Source: a virus
Direction: 5' to 3' (one strand)
Length of the DNA: 64,000 nt
Virus genome (UHGV): UHGV-1352914
The translations under genes and the position numbers were made by a program. The notes beneath the pieces are model-generated. The model did not search any database, was not told the DNA's origin, and worked only from the letters and a program-made list of their open reading frames with translations. Positions 27,991 to 36,718 of the stretch are shown in pieces. The stretch's first letter is position 1; every line of letters starts with the position of its first letter.

Positions 27991-28379
27991 ACAACGCAGA
28001 AATACAAATCCTATTCCCTACACCCGGCGACTGGACCAAGCTCATTATGAGCGTAATCTACGTAGACACACTGGGCTTTACGCACATCGACCAATACGAT
28101 GAGACCACGATGCCGAAGGAGCAGATACCCGCAATGGTCAAGGCTATCGAGGCCATTGCCGCTCTCGATGAACAGTGGCAAGCATGCCAAGTCTGGGCAC
28201 GAATGGGATGGGTTCCTTCCCCTTCCGACCCTGCTGACAAGGCCCCCGCAATCCTTCTGACTGTCGAGGCTACCGGGGATTCCGGGGGTACAAAAATATT
28301 TACTCCTGACCAATATCCCCAGTTCGTACTGACCGATAGCGGCACGCTATCCTTCTTCAACTTCTTCACCAAAGGATGA
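27987..28379 (+). CDS. Hypothetical protein
   Basis: 130 aa, overlaps upstream stop (ATGA). Confidence 0.4.
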   Translation: MNNAEIQILFPTPGDWTKLIMSVIYVDTLGFTHIDQYDETTMPKEQIPAMVKAIEAIAALDEQWQACQVWARMGWVPSPSDPADKAPAILLTVEATGDSGGTKIFTPDQYPQFVLTDSGTLSFFNFFTKG

Positions 28380-28439
28380 TAATCATGAGTTTACTCGAAC
28401 TTCTCGACCTACTTGGCTGGAAGCGCAAGTAGCACATTT

Positions 28440-28472
28440 CCCCGGAGGGGTTATCCTCCGGGGATTTTTATT
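28440..28472 (+). terminator. Intrinsic terminator (ccccggagg/cctccgggg + ATTTTTATT)
   Basis: Seen in sequence. Confidence 0.6.
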
Positions 28473-28483
28473 AAAATAATTTC

Positions 28484-28511
28484 TTGACAAGTAATAAAAT
28501 TCTGATAAGGT
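28484..28511 (+). promoter_or_regulatory. sigma70-like promoter TTGACA-N16-(TG)n-TAAGGT
   Basis: Seen in sequence. Confidence 0.4.
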
Positions 28512-28517
28512 GGTGGC

Positions 28518-29144
28518 ATGTCAGAGACATCAAACACCAAACAGAAGGACGGCCATAATGTTATTATGGTCGATAAGCAGAATGGATTAACCCTCGTTCT
28601 GGCCAGCCATAGGGTTCGCATTCCCAACGAGGAAATTAAAGGAAGGGTTGAAGACCTTGCGGTTATCGAGAACCCGTGCACCGTTACGACGAACCTTCCG
28701 GCTAAGAACGAATTCAGTTTTCGTGATGAATCCGTAGAAACATCGGAAGCAGTTGAGAAGGCATTCGACGACGCATGCCTAGAAGAAAACCAACTGTTCT
28801 GCCCTATCTGTGGAGGCCTACTAAGAGAAGAACATCGCGGCAACTACGTGTTCGTAGAGTGCATGAGTTGCTCGCTGGCCGTGCAGGGGAGTGATGACGA
28901 TGACCCGGAGACAGCCTGTGAAGAGGCATGGAGAGAGGCTCGATTCTTCCTCGACAGTTGTCCTCCGGTTCTGCGTCTTCAACCCGGCGATAAGTTGCAT
29001 TTTATCGACAGGCCTCTTAAATATCAGTATTACGCCGTAGTTACGGACGTTGATGTGAAGGATAGCTGGATAAGGACCGACAAGGGTTCATGTCGCCCTG
29101 ACGACGTGCTTAAATGGCCGTGGGAAATTAAACAAGCAGAATAA
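28518..29144 (+). CDS. Zinc-ribbon protein with Lar-like (restriction-alleviation family) domain
   Basis: 'CPICGGLLREEHRGNYVFVECMSCSLAV...DDDDPETACEEAWREAR' matches Lar-family pattern CPxCGG...y.VxC..C...eA..W..R. Confidence 0.5.
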   Translation: MSETSNTKQKDGHNVIMVDKQNGLTLVLASHRVRIPNEEIKGRVEDLAVIENPCTVTTNLPAKNEFSFRDESVETSEAVEKAFDDACLEENQLFCPICGGLLREEHRGNYVFVECMSCSLAVQGSDDDDPETACEEAWREARFFLDSCPPVLRLQPGDKLHFIDRPLKYQYYAVVTDVDVKDSWIRTDKGSCRPDDVLKWPWEIKQAE

Positions 29145-29146
29145 CC

Positions 29147-29608
29147 ATGAACACGTTGCATCTATCTATCGCGCAATACTTCGCGCTTGCGGCTCTTTTC
29201 GTGCTTGCGGGCGTAGCTTTCCGCGCCTTGGGAGGGAGTGCCTCCACCGCAATGGCCAACAGGCTGAAAGCTCACTGGAAGCTCATTAGCATTGAGACCA
29301 ATAGCTACCGGACAAGAGGAAGCGAGTACACTCTATATGAGCGCAATGAAATGAATGATATGTACAACCGCCTCTTTGATGCCGCTACCCTGTGGATTAT
29401 TGTTGGACTAGTCGGACTGACGGTAAGTATTATTGTTGAGTGCCTCTTCACGCTTCCCGCGCCTCCGCTCTATGTCCTCTCCCTCCTCACTGCATGGATT
29501 GCCGCATGGTATCTCTTTGTGGTCATAGCTTACTACATAAGCATGGCGGTGATTATGCAGATGACCCAATATAACCTCTATCGTCAATACCCAAAAATTA
29601 AATTCTAA
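29147..29608 (+). CDS. Membrane protein (3 TM helices)
   Basis: Hydrophobic segments at residues ~10-30, 70-95, 100-130. Confidence 0.5.
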   Translation: MNTLHLSIAQYFALAALFVLAGVAFRALGGSASTAMANRLKAHWKLISIETNSYRTRGSEYTLYERNEMNDMYNRLFDAATLWIIVGLVGLTVSIIVECLFTLPAPPLYVLSLLTAWIAAWYLFVVIAYYISMAVIMQMTQYNLYRQYPKIKF

Positions 29609-30018
29609 TGAAGAAGTACGAAGTAAAACTTGGAATGATTGTCCGCGTCAATCATGGTCCCTGTGGCCGCGTCGTGGAAATCGACAACGAACGGGCTACC
29701 TACCCGTACAAGGTACGCTATTCGGGAGAATTAGTGGAGTGGGCCTCCGCTGACCAGATGGAAGAAGTGTTAGATGCACCGGAGGAATCTGTCCGTGCCG
29801 TTTGCAATAACACCACTAAACCTCGGCAACCATTCAAGAGAGGCGATAGGGTACAATACGTTCCTCGTGGCTGGGTAAGCTACGAAGAAGAACCTATCCC
29901 CTTTCAGGAGTACGCGGTTTACAACGATGAAGACAACGACGGCTGGGTATGTATTGACGGAGTGACCACCAGCTACTTCAACAGTGTTAAGTACTTTGAC
30001 CTTAAACTAATCGACTAG
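29608..30018 (+). CDS. Hypothetical protein (two small beta-barrel-like repeats)
   Basis: 136 aa; repeated 'G..V.....G.G.V.EID' pattern. Confidence 0.45.
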   Translation: MKKYEVKLGMIVRVNHGPCGRVVEIDNERATYPYKVRYSGELVEWASADQMEEVLDAPEESVRAVCNNTTKPRQPFKRGDRVQYVPRGWVSYEEEPIPFQEYAVYNDEDNDGWVCIDGVTTSYFNSVKYFDLKLID

Positions 30019-30020
30019 CC

Positions 30021-30137
30021 ATGAGCACAACTCTATTTATTAGTATCTCGGACATCATCGCATGGGCGGCTATTGTTCTGTGCGTACTCGTCCTTCTCGC
30101 CCTGTGGGCCGTTGAAACCATCAATAAAAAAAATTAA
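30021..30137 (+). CDS. Small hydrophobic peptide (38 aa)
   Basis: ATG 30021 to TAA 30135-30137; single TM; below ORF-track cutoff. Confidence 0.25.
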   Translation: MSTTLFISISDIIAWAAIVLCVLVLLALWAVETINKKN

Positions 30138-30141
30138 AAAA

Positions 30142-31191
30142 ATGAAAGCCGAAGATTTAGGTTGTCCTTTCTGCAAACACCATAACCTCCCGGAATCCAC
30201 GGAACCCTGTGCATCCTGTGACATGTATTTCAGTAACTATGAACCAATGGATACCGTGGATACCGTGGATACCGTGGATACCGTGGATACCGGGTTTCAC
30301 CGGAGTTGCTCCCACTGCATCTACCGTAAAACCCCGCTGACGCAATTCCCCTGCATGAAATGTGCCGTCACTCCCGGACTTCCCTGCTACGCCACGGATT
30401 ACCCGTGGGTAGAAGAGGAAAAGGAAGGTGAGCAGTTGCCGGAATCCATGACCCCTTGTACGAGTTGCAAGCACGCGAAAGAGGCCAAGGAAGGAGAGCA
30501 GTTGCCGGAATCCGTGGATGAACCCGTAAGCTATGTTCTCCCCTCCTGTGATGATTGCAGGTATTTGACGAGACGGCTGGAAGAGGAACCCTGCCTCTCC
30601 TGCTACAAAGCTTCGAACTTCACTATCATCAAGGAACCCGTGGATGGCACGGATGAGAATGATGATGTCATTGAACCTTGCAATAGTTGTGTCCATAGGG
30701 ATAACCTCCGTTGCAATCCTCCATGCTCTCATTGCCGACAGGAGCGGGGAATTGAGTACCCGGAATATGAAGAGGATGAGCAGGGAATAGATTGCCCGGA
30801 ATATGAAGAGGCTGAACCGGGAATAGATTGCCCAGAATATGAAGAGGATGAACCGGGAATAGATTGCCCGGAATATGAGGACAAGGCTTCTGGGTACAAA
30901 GGAATCGTGCCAAAGCATATTACCGATATGTTTATTGAACGAATGAGGGAAAATGTACTACGGCTCGCCGACGAATATAACTCCTGCCCCCGCCCCCGTT
31001 ACTGCCCGTATTGTGGAGAAGTGCCGGAGGTCGTAGAGGAAACCATCTACCCCGGAGAAAAGCATTGCTACGTTGTCTGCAATGGAGCCAATCTCCTTCC
31101 TCATAGCATCAGCGTTCATGGCAGGAGCCGGGAAGAAGCGGTCGCCAACTGGAATAGCTTCGCCTTATCTCTGGCCAATAAAGGAAAATGA
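30142..31191 (+). CDS. Cys-rich multi-zinc-ribbon protein with C-terminal Lar-like domain and internal tandem repeats
   Basis: ORF-track start 30073 is non-ATG; ATG 30142 (MKAEDLGCPFC). >=7 CxxC pairs; (DTV)4; 3x 'IDCPEYEE[DA]EPG'; C-terminus 'CPYCGEVPEV...HCYVVCNGANL...SREEAVANWNSFA' Lar-like. Confidence 0.5.
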   Translation: MKAEDLGCPFCKHHNLPESTEPCASCDMYFSNYEPMDTVDTVDTVDTVDTGFHRSCSHCIYRKTPLTQFPCMKCAVTPGLPCYATDYPWVEEEKEGEQLPESMTPCTSCKHAKEAKEGEQLPESVDEPVSYVLPSCDDCRYLTRRLEEEPCLSCYKASNFTIIKEPVDGTDENDDVIEPCNSCVHRDNLRCNPPCSHCRQERGIEYPEYEEDEQGIDCPEYEEAEPGIDCPEYEEDEPGIDCPEYEDKASGYKGIVPKHITDMFIERMRENVLRLADEYNSCPRPRYCPYCGEVPEVVEETIYPGEKHCYVVCNGANLLPHSISVHGRSREEAVANWNSFALSLANKGK

Positions 31192-31292
31192 GCAACCACT
31201 GGATAACCATTAGCGGGGGAGGATTCGTCCTCCCCATTAACTCCATTCTAGTCATGGATGAAGAACTCGCCGCATAACTTACAATCAAAGAC

Positions 31293-31382
31293 ATGTACAC
31301 ATTAACTGGATTCCTTCTCGGCCTTTTATTCTACTACCTCGTCGAGAACAACGATAACGACAACGACCCTATCCCTGCATGA
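31293..31382 (+). CDS. Small hydrophobic peptide (29 aa), stop overlaps next ATG (ATGA)
   Basis: MYTLTGFLLGLLFYYLVENNDNDNDPIPA; coupling geometry supports reality. Confidence 0.3.
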   Translation: MYTLTGFLLGLLFYYLVENNDNDNDPIPA

Positions 31383-31855
31383 AAATAAATAGAAGAGGAC
31401 TAATCGTTCATCCCGGCCTGAAGCATCCGAGACGGCCTCGGCATAGTACTCCCCCGGTAAAGAACATCCCGAAGGGCTACATTGCCACCGGGGAGATTGC
31501 CAATAAAATCGGACGCAGTTCCGTATGGGTAATCCACGCCCTGAACCGATTGAAGGTTGAACACGTGCGTTGCGGGCATACCATCTATTGGGAAGGGAAA
31601 GGAGCCGAGGAATATATCGGCACACAAGTGCGGGGATTATATGACAGTATCCCGGAGGGGTATGTTGATGTAGCCACCGCATTGGAGACTACGGGCTTGA
31701 AGTCGCCGGGATACCTAACTACCCTGTTTAAGCGGGGCAAAGTTCAGCGTGTGCGGTATCGTGATGAAAGCGACCCCCGTGGCCGTAGGACACGATTCGC
31801 GTACAAACTGGTTGACTTGTTGTCCCATTTAGGATTAAATGGGGAAGTCCTATGA
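31379..31855 (+). CDS. DNA-binding protein with two HTH (MerR/excisionase-like) repeats
   Basis: 'YIATGEIANKIGRSSVWVIHAL' and 'YVDVATALETTGLKSPGYLTTLFKRGKV'. Confidence 0.45.
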   Translation: MKINRRGLIVHPGLKHPRRPRHSTPPVKNIPKGYIATGEIANKIGRSSVWVIHALNRLKVEHVRCGHTIYWEGKGAEEYIGTQVRGLYDSIPEGYVDVATALETTGLKSPGYLTTLFKRGKVQRVRYRDESDPRGRRTRFAYKLVDLLSHLGLNGEVL

Positions 31856-32205
31856 GAACCACGTATTCTACAACTAGAACCGTACAGAAGGGCCAGAGCA
31901 ATCAACAGGCATTGCTCGGTCTCCTTCTGAACATTGACCTCCTTGACTCCTCCCTTACCGCGGATGGCGTCCGTGTCCTTCTGTACATGCACGCCAACGG
32001 ATTTGAGAAGGAGTACGACAGTCCCTCAATTAGCGAGGGAACTCGCATCCATATATCTTCTCTTTACTACGTCCTGCGCAAGCTGGAAGAGAAAGAATAT
32101 ATCACGTATTCCGGGGTTAGGGGTTCGAGGAAACAAAGCAAGAGCCAATTAACCTCGAAGGGTATCACCTTCTGCCGGGACGTCTTCCGGCCACAAACAA
32201 TCTAA
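31852..32205 (+). CDS. Winged-helix (MarR/PadR-like) transcription regulator
   Basis: 'LLGLLLN...LTADGVRVLLYMHANG...ISSLYYVLRKLEEKEYI'. Confidence 0.45.
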   Translation: MRTTYSTTRTVQKGQSNQQALLGLLLNIDLLDSSLTADGVRVLLYMHANGFEKEYDSPSISEGTRIHISSLYYVLRKLEEKEYITYSGVRGSRKQSKSQLTSKGITFCRDVFRPQTI

Positions 32206-32213
32206 TCAACAGC

Positions 32214-32648
32214 ATGGAAACAAATAATCTCAATGAACAGACGGAAGTCGCGGTCAAGCTCTACAACATGGCCGAACTTTCCACCCCGTGGGACCAGCTC
32301 ACGGCTGACAAGAAGAAGCCCTACATGAATATGGCGGGCAAACTAATCAAGGGAGAGGCTGACATTTTTGCCCAGCTGACGGCGAAGTACTGTGTCCAGC
32401 TTGGCGTACCTAGCAAGTACAAGACCATCATCTCCGGGATTATCAGTGCCGCCCTTGGTGCTTTAGCTATGTTTGGAGCGTTGGGGCAGAGCAGTTGTAC
32501 CTACGCGGATGTGAGTAAGGACCGCGCAGTTATCTGCAATGGCGATGGTTGTGTAATCGTTAGCCCCGGAAGGTTGACGTTTACGCAGGAACAACCTAAG
32601 AGCGAAGTTGCTCCCGTCGTTATCCCCAGCAAGGAATTCTGCAAATAG
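32214..32648 (+). CDS. Hypothetical protein with one TM segment
   Basis: 'IISGIISAALGALAMFGALG'. Confidence 0.45.
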   Translation: METNNLNEQTEVAVKLYNMAELSTPWDQLTADKKKPYMNMAGKLIKGEADIFAQLTAKYCVQLGVPSKYKTIISGIISAALGALAMFGALGQSSCTYADVSKDRAVICNGDGCVIVSPGRLTFTQEQPKSEVAPVVIPSKEFCK

Positions 32649-32650
32649 CT

Positions 32651-33211
32651 ATGGCTCAAGAGTACAGTGAGATTCCACAAGCTCCTGACCTCTTTAATCA
32701 TCCCGTACCCTCGGTTCCCGTGGGTACGGAGATGCTTAATGAGGCCCCGCCGTTTGATTCAATGCCGGACCCGATTGCCCCGGTTTATGGAGAGAGCGAC
32801 ATCGGGGTGTTCCATACCCCTGTGTATAATGACGACCCCCTCATGCGCAACCGGGAAGAGAGCATGTTCTCCGTCGTGTATGACCCCACGGATTCCGGAC
32901 CTAACGCGGCGGTCATGTTTGTGGCTGGGGTTATTGTATCTGGAAGCGCAGTTTTTAACATAGGTGGTGCTCCCGGAAATTTACACCCCGTAGCCAGCGG
33001 AGAAAGGGCACCCCTTGATGATGATATTATATGGTATCTTAACGTCAATAGAGATGATTATGGTCTGTCTATGGTAAGTAGTGTGCCATCGCCGGATGCC
33101 TTCTTTTCTCTTCCCGTAGCTCGAACTCGAAAAGGAACCAACGGGTACATTCAGCAATTACACAGAGGGGCCGTATTCATTGGTTCTGAATTTGTCTTTG
33201 GTCCTGCTTAA
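32651..33211 (+). CDS. Hypothetical protein
   Basis: 186-aa ORF. Confidence 0.45.
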   Translation: MAQEYSEIPQAPDLFNHPVPSVPVGTEMLNEAPPFDSMPDPIAPVYGESDIGVFHTPVYNDDPLMRNREESMFSVVYDPTDSGPNAAVMFVAGVIVSGSAVFNIGGAPGNLHPVASGERAPLDDDIIWYLNVNRDDYGLSMVSSVPSPDAFFSLPVARTRKGTNGYIQQLHRGAVFIGSEFVFGPA

Positions 33212-33223
33212 CCTCCCAAACCC

Positions 33224-33976
33224 ATGACCTACATCTATATATTCACTTACAGAAGAGACCAGCCAGATGCGCTGGAATGTGTACGTTGCACGAGAAAAAC
33301 TCTCCCCCATGCAGTTATTACTGTAGTCGACGATGGAAATTCCCCATGTACGGAAGGCGCAGAAACCCAGTTCCTACAGGCTGGAGCCACACATTATGAG
33401 CAAAGCCAATTTAATCGAAGGGGAAATCTTAACGGTCCCGAATGTGTGCGAGGCATCCTCTCCTACCTAGCACAAAAGGCCGAAGACGAAGACATTGTGA
33501 TAAAGCTAGATTCCGATACTTGTCTCCTTTCTACTGACTGGATTGAAGACATGCTAGCGCAGGGGAAGAGCATGGCTGGATGTAGCTCACGCTATACTAC
33601 ATGGAAGAACATTTACTATATACACGGAACATGTTATGCCATGACGGGGAAGCTGGCAAAGCAAGCATTTCAGAAATCTTTGTCTTGGACAGATTGGTCA
33701 GAAACGGCTCCGGAAGATTTAGAGATATATCGACTGGCTTCCACTATCGTGGGAGAGGAAAACATTCTTAAAGAGTTCCCTTGGACGCCATCGACCCCTT
33801 CGGCAAGATGGACGGCATGGAACTGGGTGAGCTTCACCGTAACTCCGGAAAAGTATAAACACTTTTCGGTGGTCACCTTCGGTATGTTTATGCCCTCCTA
33901 CAAGCCGAGAAGCCTTAGGGCATTAGCCATGAAGGAGTTACGTGAATGTGTCTATCCTTCTGACAATTCAATGTAG
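33224..33976 (+). CDS. Glycosyltransferase family 2-like protein
   Basis: N-terminal 'IYIFTYRR...L..C...VITVVDDGNS' and DxD 'IKLDSDT'. Confidence 0.55.
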   Translation: MTYIYIFTYRRDQPDALECVRCTRKTLPHAVITVVDDGNSPCTEGAETQFLQAGATHYEQSQFNRRGNLNGPECVRGILSYLAQKAEDEDIVIKLDSDTCLLSTDWIEDMLAQGKSMAGCSSRYTTWKNIYYIHGTCYAMTGKLAKQAFQKSLSWTDWSETAPEDLEIYRLASTIVGEENILKEFPWTPSTPSARWTAWNWVSFTVTPEKYKHFSVVTFGMFMPSYKPRSLRALAMKELRECVYPSDNSM

Positions 33977-34026
33977 CAGGACAACTGGCTTATCGATTCC
34001 GTACATCGAAATGTCAGGACGTTAAA

Positions 34027-34083
34027 TCCCACGGAACCCACGGAACCCACGGCCAAATGGCCACAATGGGTTCCGTGGGTTCC
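34027..34083. repeat. Intergenic palindromic array: (CCCACGGAAC)x2.5 ... 17-nt spacer ... GGGTTCCGTGGGTTCCC
   Basis: Seen in sequence; ~50 nt upstream of promoter at 34137. Confidence 0.65.
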
Positions 34084-34136
34084 CTTGTGTCTCGCCCACA
34101 GGCGTGTGCGGCTGTGTCATACCAGTTAAAAATTTC

Positions 34137-34164
34137 TTGACCAGAAGCTTTTCCTGTGTATGAT
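34137..34164 (+). promoter_or_regulatory. sigma70-like promoter TTGACC-N16-TATGAT, leaderless geometry (ATG at 34172)
   Basis: Seen in sequence; ORF-track start 34160 lies inside the -10 hexamer. Confidence 0.55.
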
Positions 34165-34171
34165 AGCGGGC

Positions 34172-34837
34172 ATGGACAACAACTTCCATTATATTATTAG
34201 CGCGTATAACCCTTCCCTCCATTGGCCGGAGAGGGAATCAAACCTAATCCACTACACGGTCAATTATCTTAAATCCCTGAACATTTCCGGCGAGAACGTT
34301 ACCGTCATGTCCGAGGACCTCGGCGTTCTCTCATGGGCCAGAGCGGAGGGGCTGAACGTGGCCCGTGTCCCTGACGCGCCTGACGAGGCTATCCTCTCCA
34401 TCGCCGCAGAGCATGCGGGAAAGAATATCATGGTGCTCGACACCCAATGCCCGGTACGCGAAGCGGACCTCCTTGACGTTATGGCCAGCCAAATTGTCAC
34501 CGAGAAGGATGTCATCTTCATCTCTGCCTACATGGGATTGAAGCGGACGAACGTCGAAGACTACCCAGAATGGACTGGCATCGTTGATGGTAGCGTGTGG
34601 GGGTTCCGGCACGATAGCGACCTTAAGGTCATTAAGAGGATGTGCAATACCTACCTCGTCTATCATGACGCGTTCGCTGGTCACTTCGGGGTGAGCCTCG
34701 ATTACCAGTACGATAAAGATGTACTGGACGTCGCCGTGAAACGCGGCTGGGAAAAGAACGCGAGCACCGCCCCCTGTTCTGCGGATTATCCCCGGCGCGT
34801 ACAAGTTATGGTTGACAAACCTAAACAAAATGTCTAA
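34172..34837 (+). CDS. Hypothetical protein (possibly nucleotidyl-/glycosyl-transferase-like)
   Basis: Start moved to ATG 34172 (MDNNFHY); alpha/beta composition; adjacent to GT2 gene. Confidence 0.4.
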   Translation: MDNNFHYIISAYNPSLHWPERESNLIHYTVNYLKSLNISGENVTVMSEDLGVLSWARAEGLNVARVPDAPDEAILSIAAEHAGKNIMVLDTQCPVREADLLDVMASQIVTEKDVIFISAYMGLKRTNVEDYPEWTGIVDGSVWGFRHDSDLKVIKRMCNTYLVYHDAFAGHFGVSLDYQYDKDVLDVAVKRGWEKNASTAPCSADYPRRVQVMVDKPKQNV

Positions 34838-34851
34838 GCTTTATTCACCAC

Positions 34852-35304
34852 ATGAACACAAATCAATTGTATTTTGACGGGAGCCTTGGTCAGTTCATTC
34901 GCAAGGCTCGATATGAACAGGTAAGCGTAGATGCCTCATTGGAAGTCCAGCATGGAATATCCTCACTTGTCCTCCAGTTTGGCGCAGGATTTAAGGGAGA
35001 CCTCCGATTTAATATCTCCCATGCCTCTGCCCTTCTTGGCAACGTCTCCACGTCAAGCCCCTTTACATGGAAGTTTCAGTTAGCCCAGCTCAATGCCGGG
35101 GGAATACCTGTATGGAAGACGGTCGCGTCTGGCATGACGGCCCCGGAGAAACCCGGAGGCACTGCCGATACCGTTATCCTCCCCACCGACTTCTTTGAAT
35201 TAGACCCTGCCGAATATCCTGCCGGGACCTACTGGATGACTGTTGAGTTCTCTGATACAGTTGACTGGACCCGCACCTTCCCCCTCACACTTCAAATTAT
35301 CTAG
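34852..35304 (+). CDS. Hypothetical beta-rich protein
   Basis: 150 aa. Confidence 0.45.
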   Translation: MNTNQLYFDGSLGQFIRKARYEQVSVDASLEVQHGISSLVLQFGAGFKGDLRFNISHASALLGNVSTSSPFTWKFQLAQLNAGGIPVWKTVASGMTAPEKPGGTADTVILPTDFFELDPAEYPAGTYWMTVEFSDTVDWTRTFPLTLQII

Positions 35305-35306
35305 CC

Positions 35307-35681
35307 ATGAAATTGGATTTATCCCACATCCTGCAACTCTACCCCGTCCTGAAAATCCTTCATTACCAGACAAGGGAGGGATTCCACCATGAACGGTATG
35401 ACGACGCAGTAGAAGAATTGGGCGGCATTGCCGACAGTTTCATTGAAACCTATCTCGGACTACATGGCCGCGACTGGACGGCGAAGCCCGTGTTGGTGCG
35501 CCCCGTAATGCCAGATACTACTGCCGCGTGCATTGGCTTGTACGAAACCGTCATCCTGCGGGACCTCGTTCCCTACCTCTACACCGTTGCCGGGAATGAA
35601 CCCACGCTAAGGAAACTGGCAGAAGACTTTGAGCAGAGTGCTCGAAAGATTTACGGACTACTGAACAATTACAGCAACTAG
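35307..35681 (+). CDS. Hypothetical protein
   Basis: 124 aa. Confidence 0.45.
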   Translation: MKLDLSHILQLYPVLKILHYQTREGFHHERYDDAVEELGGIADSFIETYLGLHGRDWTAKPVLVRPVMPDTTAACIGLYETVILRDLVPYLYTVAGNEPTLRKLAEDFEQSARKIYGLLNNYSN

Positions 35682-35686
35682 AACCC

Positions 35687-36196
35687 ATGCCCACAACAAC
35701 TCGCGTCCGAGAATTTTTTCTTTGTTCCGACGGCCCGGAGAGCAACCCCGAAGTAATAGCCACGGTACTTCCTCGGCTTGACGGGGTTTGCTCCCGCGCC
35801 CGGTCCTTGACGTGGGGCGTTATTGCCTATTCCCTCTCTCACTTCAACCTGCCCTTCGGGGTTGCCTTGGAGAACATGAGGAACGGTTATTGTGCCCGCG
35901 TCGTAGGAACGCCCATTGGGGAGGAAACCGAGGATGGGGATGAAGTCGCCGACGTTACCCCTTGGTTCATCCTGCAATCCTTTAAGACGGAAAACAACGA
36001 ATGGGACTACCGTTTCATGGCGTTGGAACCGATAGAGGCAGGAGCCGCCATTGATATGAAGAGAGATTATCTACTTCCCGATGGGTGGTATAAAGTCGGA
36101 GAAGAGGTAACTCTTCGCAACGATTTCATCGTCTCCTTCTGTTGGGAGATTGCCATTCCTGGGGACCCCACGAAAACAGAAACCGCCTCCGTTTAA
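35687..36196 (+). CDS. Hypothetical protein
   Basis: 169 aa. Confidence 0.45.
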   Translation: MPTTTRVREFFLCSDGPESNPEVIATVLPRLDGVCSRARSLTWGVIAYSLSHFNLPFGVALENMRNGYCARVVGTPIGEETEDGDEVADVTPWFILQSFKTENNEWDYRFMALEPIEAGAAIDMKRDYLLPDGWYKVGEEVTLRNDFIVSFCWEIAIPGDPTKTETASV

Positions 36197-36217
36197 CCCA
36201 AACAATCCAAACCACTT

Positions 36218-36457
36218 ATGTATAAGCTAGTCGTAAGAGACTACATTGATGTAGGAATTATTCAGGTGAAGTATGAGGGAATCATCTTTGCGGAAGTCTT
36301 CTACCGCAATGATGAAGAAGATACCCAATACCTTACCAAGGACAGTGCTCTGAAAATGGCTAAAGAATTTGCTCGTAGCCTTTTTGCCTATGAGGCCTTC
36401 CCAACCACGAAGGGCATTAGCCTACTTCCTAAACACATTGCAATCCACGAGGAATAA
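36218..36457 (+). CDS. Paralog 1 of 7-member small-protein tandem family
   Basis: 79 aa; shares beta-strand + 'T.K.A.K.A...AR' helix pattern with the next six genes. Confidence 0.55.
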   Translation: MYKLVVRDYIDVGIIQVKYEGIIFAEVFYRNDEEDTQYLTKDSALKMAKEFARSLFAYEAFPTTKGISLLPKHIAIHEE

Positions 36458-36460
36458 ACC

Positions 36461-36709
36461 ATGACTAACGAAATTAGCATTATTGAGAATAAGAGAGTGG
36501 GAATCCTCAAGGTGAAACACAAGGGTAATCTCATTGCTAGCCTTAACTATTGTCGGGAAGGGCATGAAGATGAAAGATGTTATCCCACGCGCGAACAGGC
36601 CATAGAGTTGGCAAGGACAATTACCCGCCGTCTCGTCGCCTCGAATCCTGTTATGACAGACAGGGGCATTGACTTTTGCCCAAAGGACTGTATCTTCCAA
36701 GACGAATAA
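36461..36709 (+). CDS. Paralog 2 of tandem family
   Basis: 82 aa; 'LNYCREGHEDERCYPTREQAIELARTITRRL'. Confidence 0.55.
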   Translation: MTNEISIIENKRVGILKVKHKGNLIASLNYCREGHEDERCYPTREQAIELARTITRRLVASNPVMTDRGIDFCPKDCIFQDE

Positions 36710-36718
36710 ACCAAATCC

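Noticed and set aside
30245-30292. (GGATACCGTG)x4 and other short tandem repeats considered as a CRISPR array
   Set aside because: Units are 10-18 nt with no spacers and lie inside ORFs, which is inconsistent with CRISPR.
30157-30918. 253-aa antisense ORF inside the Cys-rich protein gene
   Set aside because: The plus strand encodes regular CxxC zinc ribbons and a Lar-like domain.
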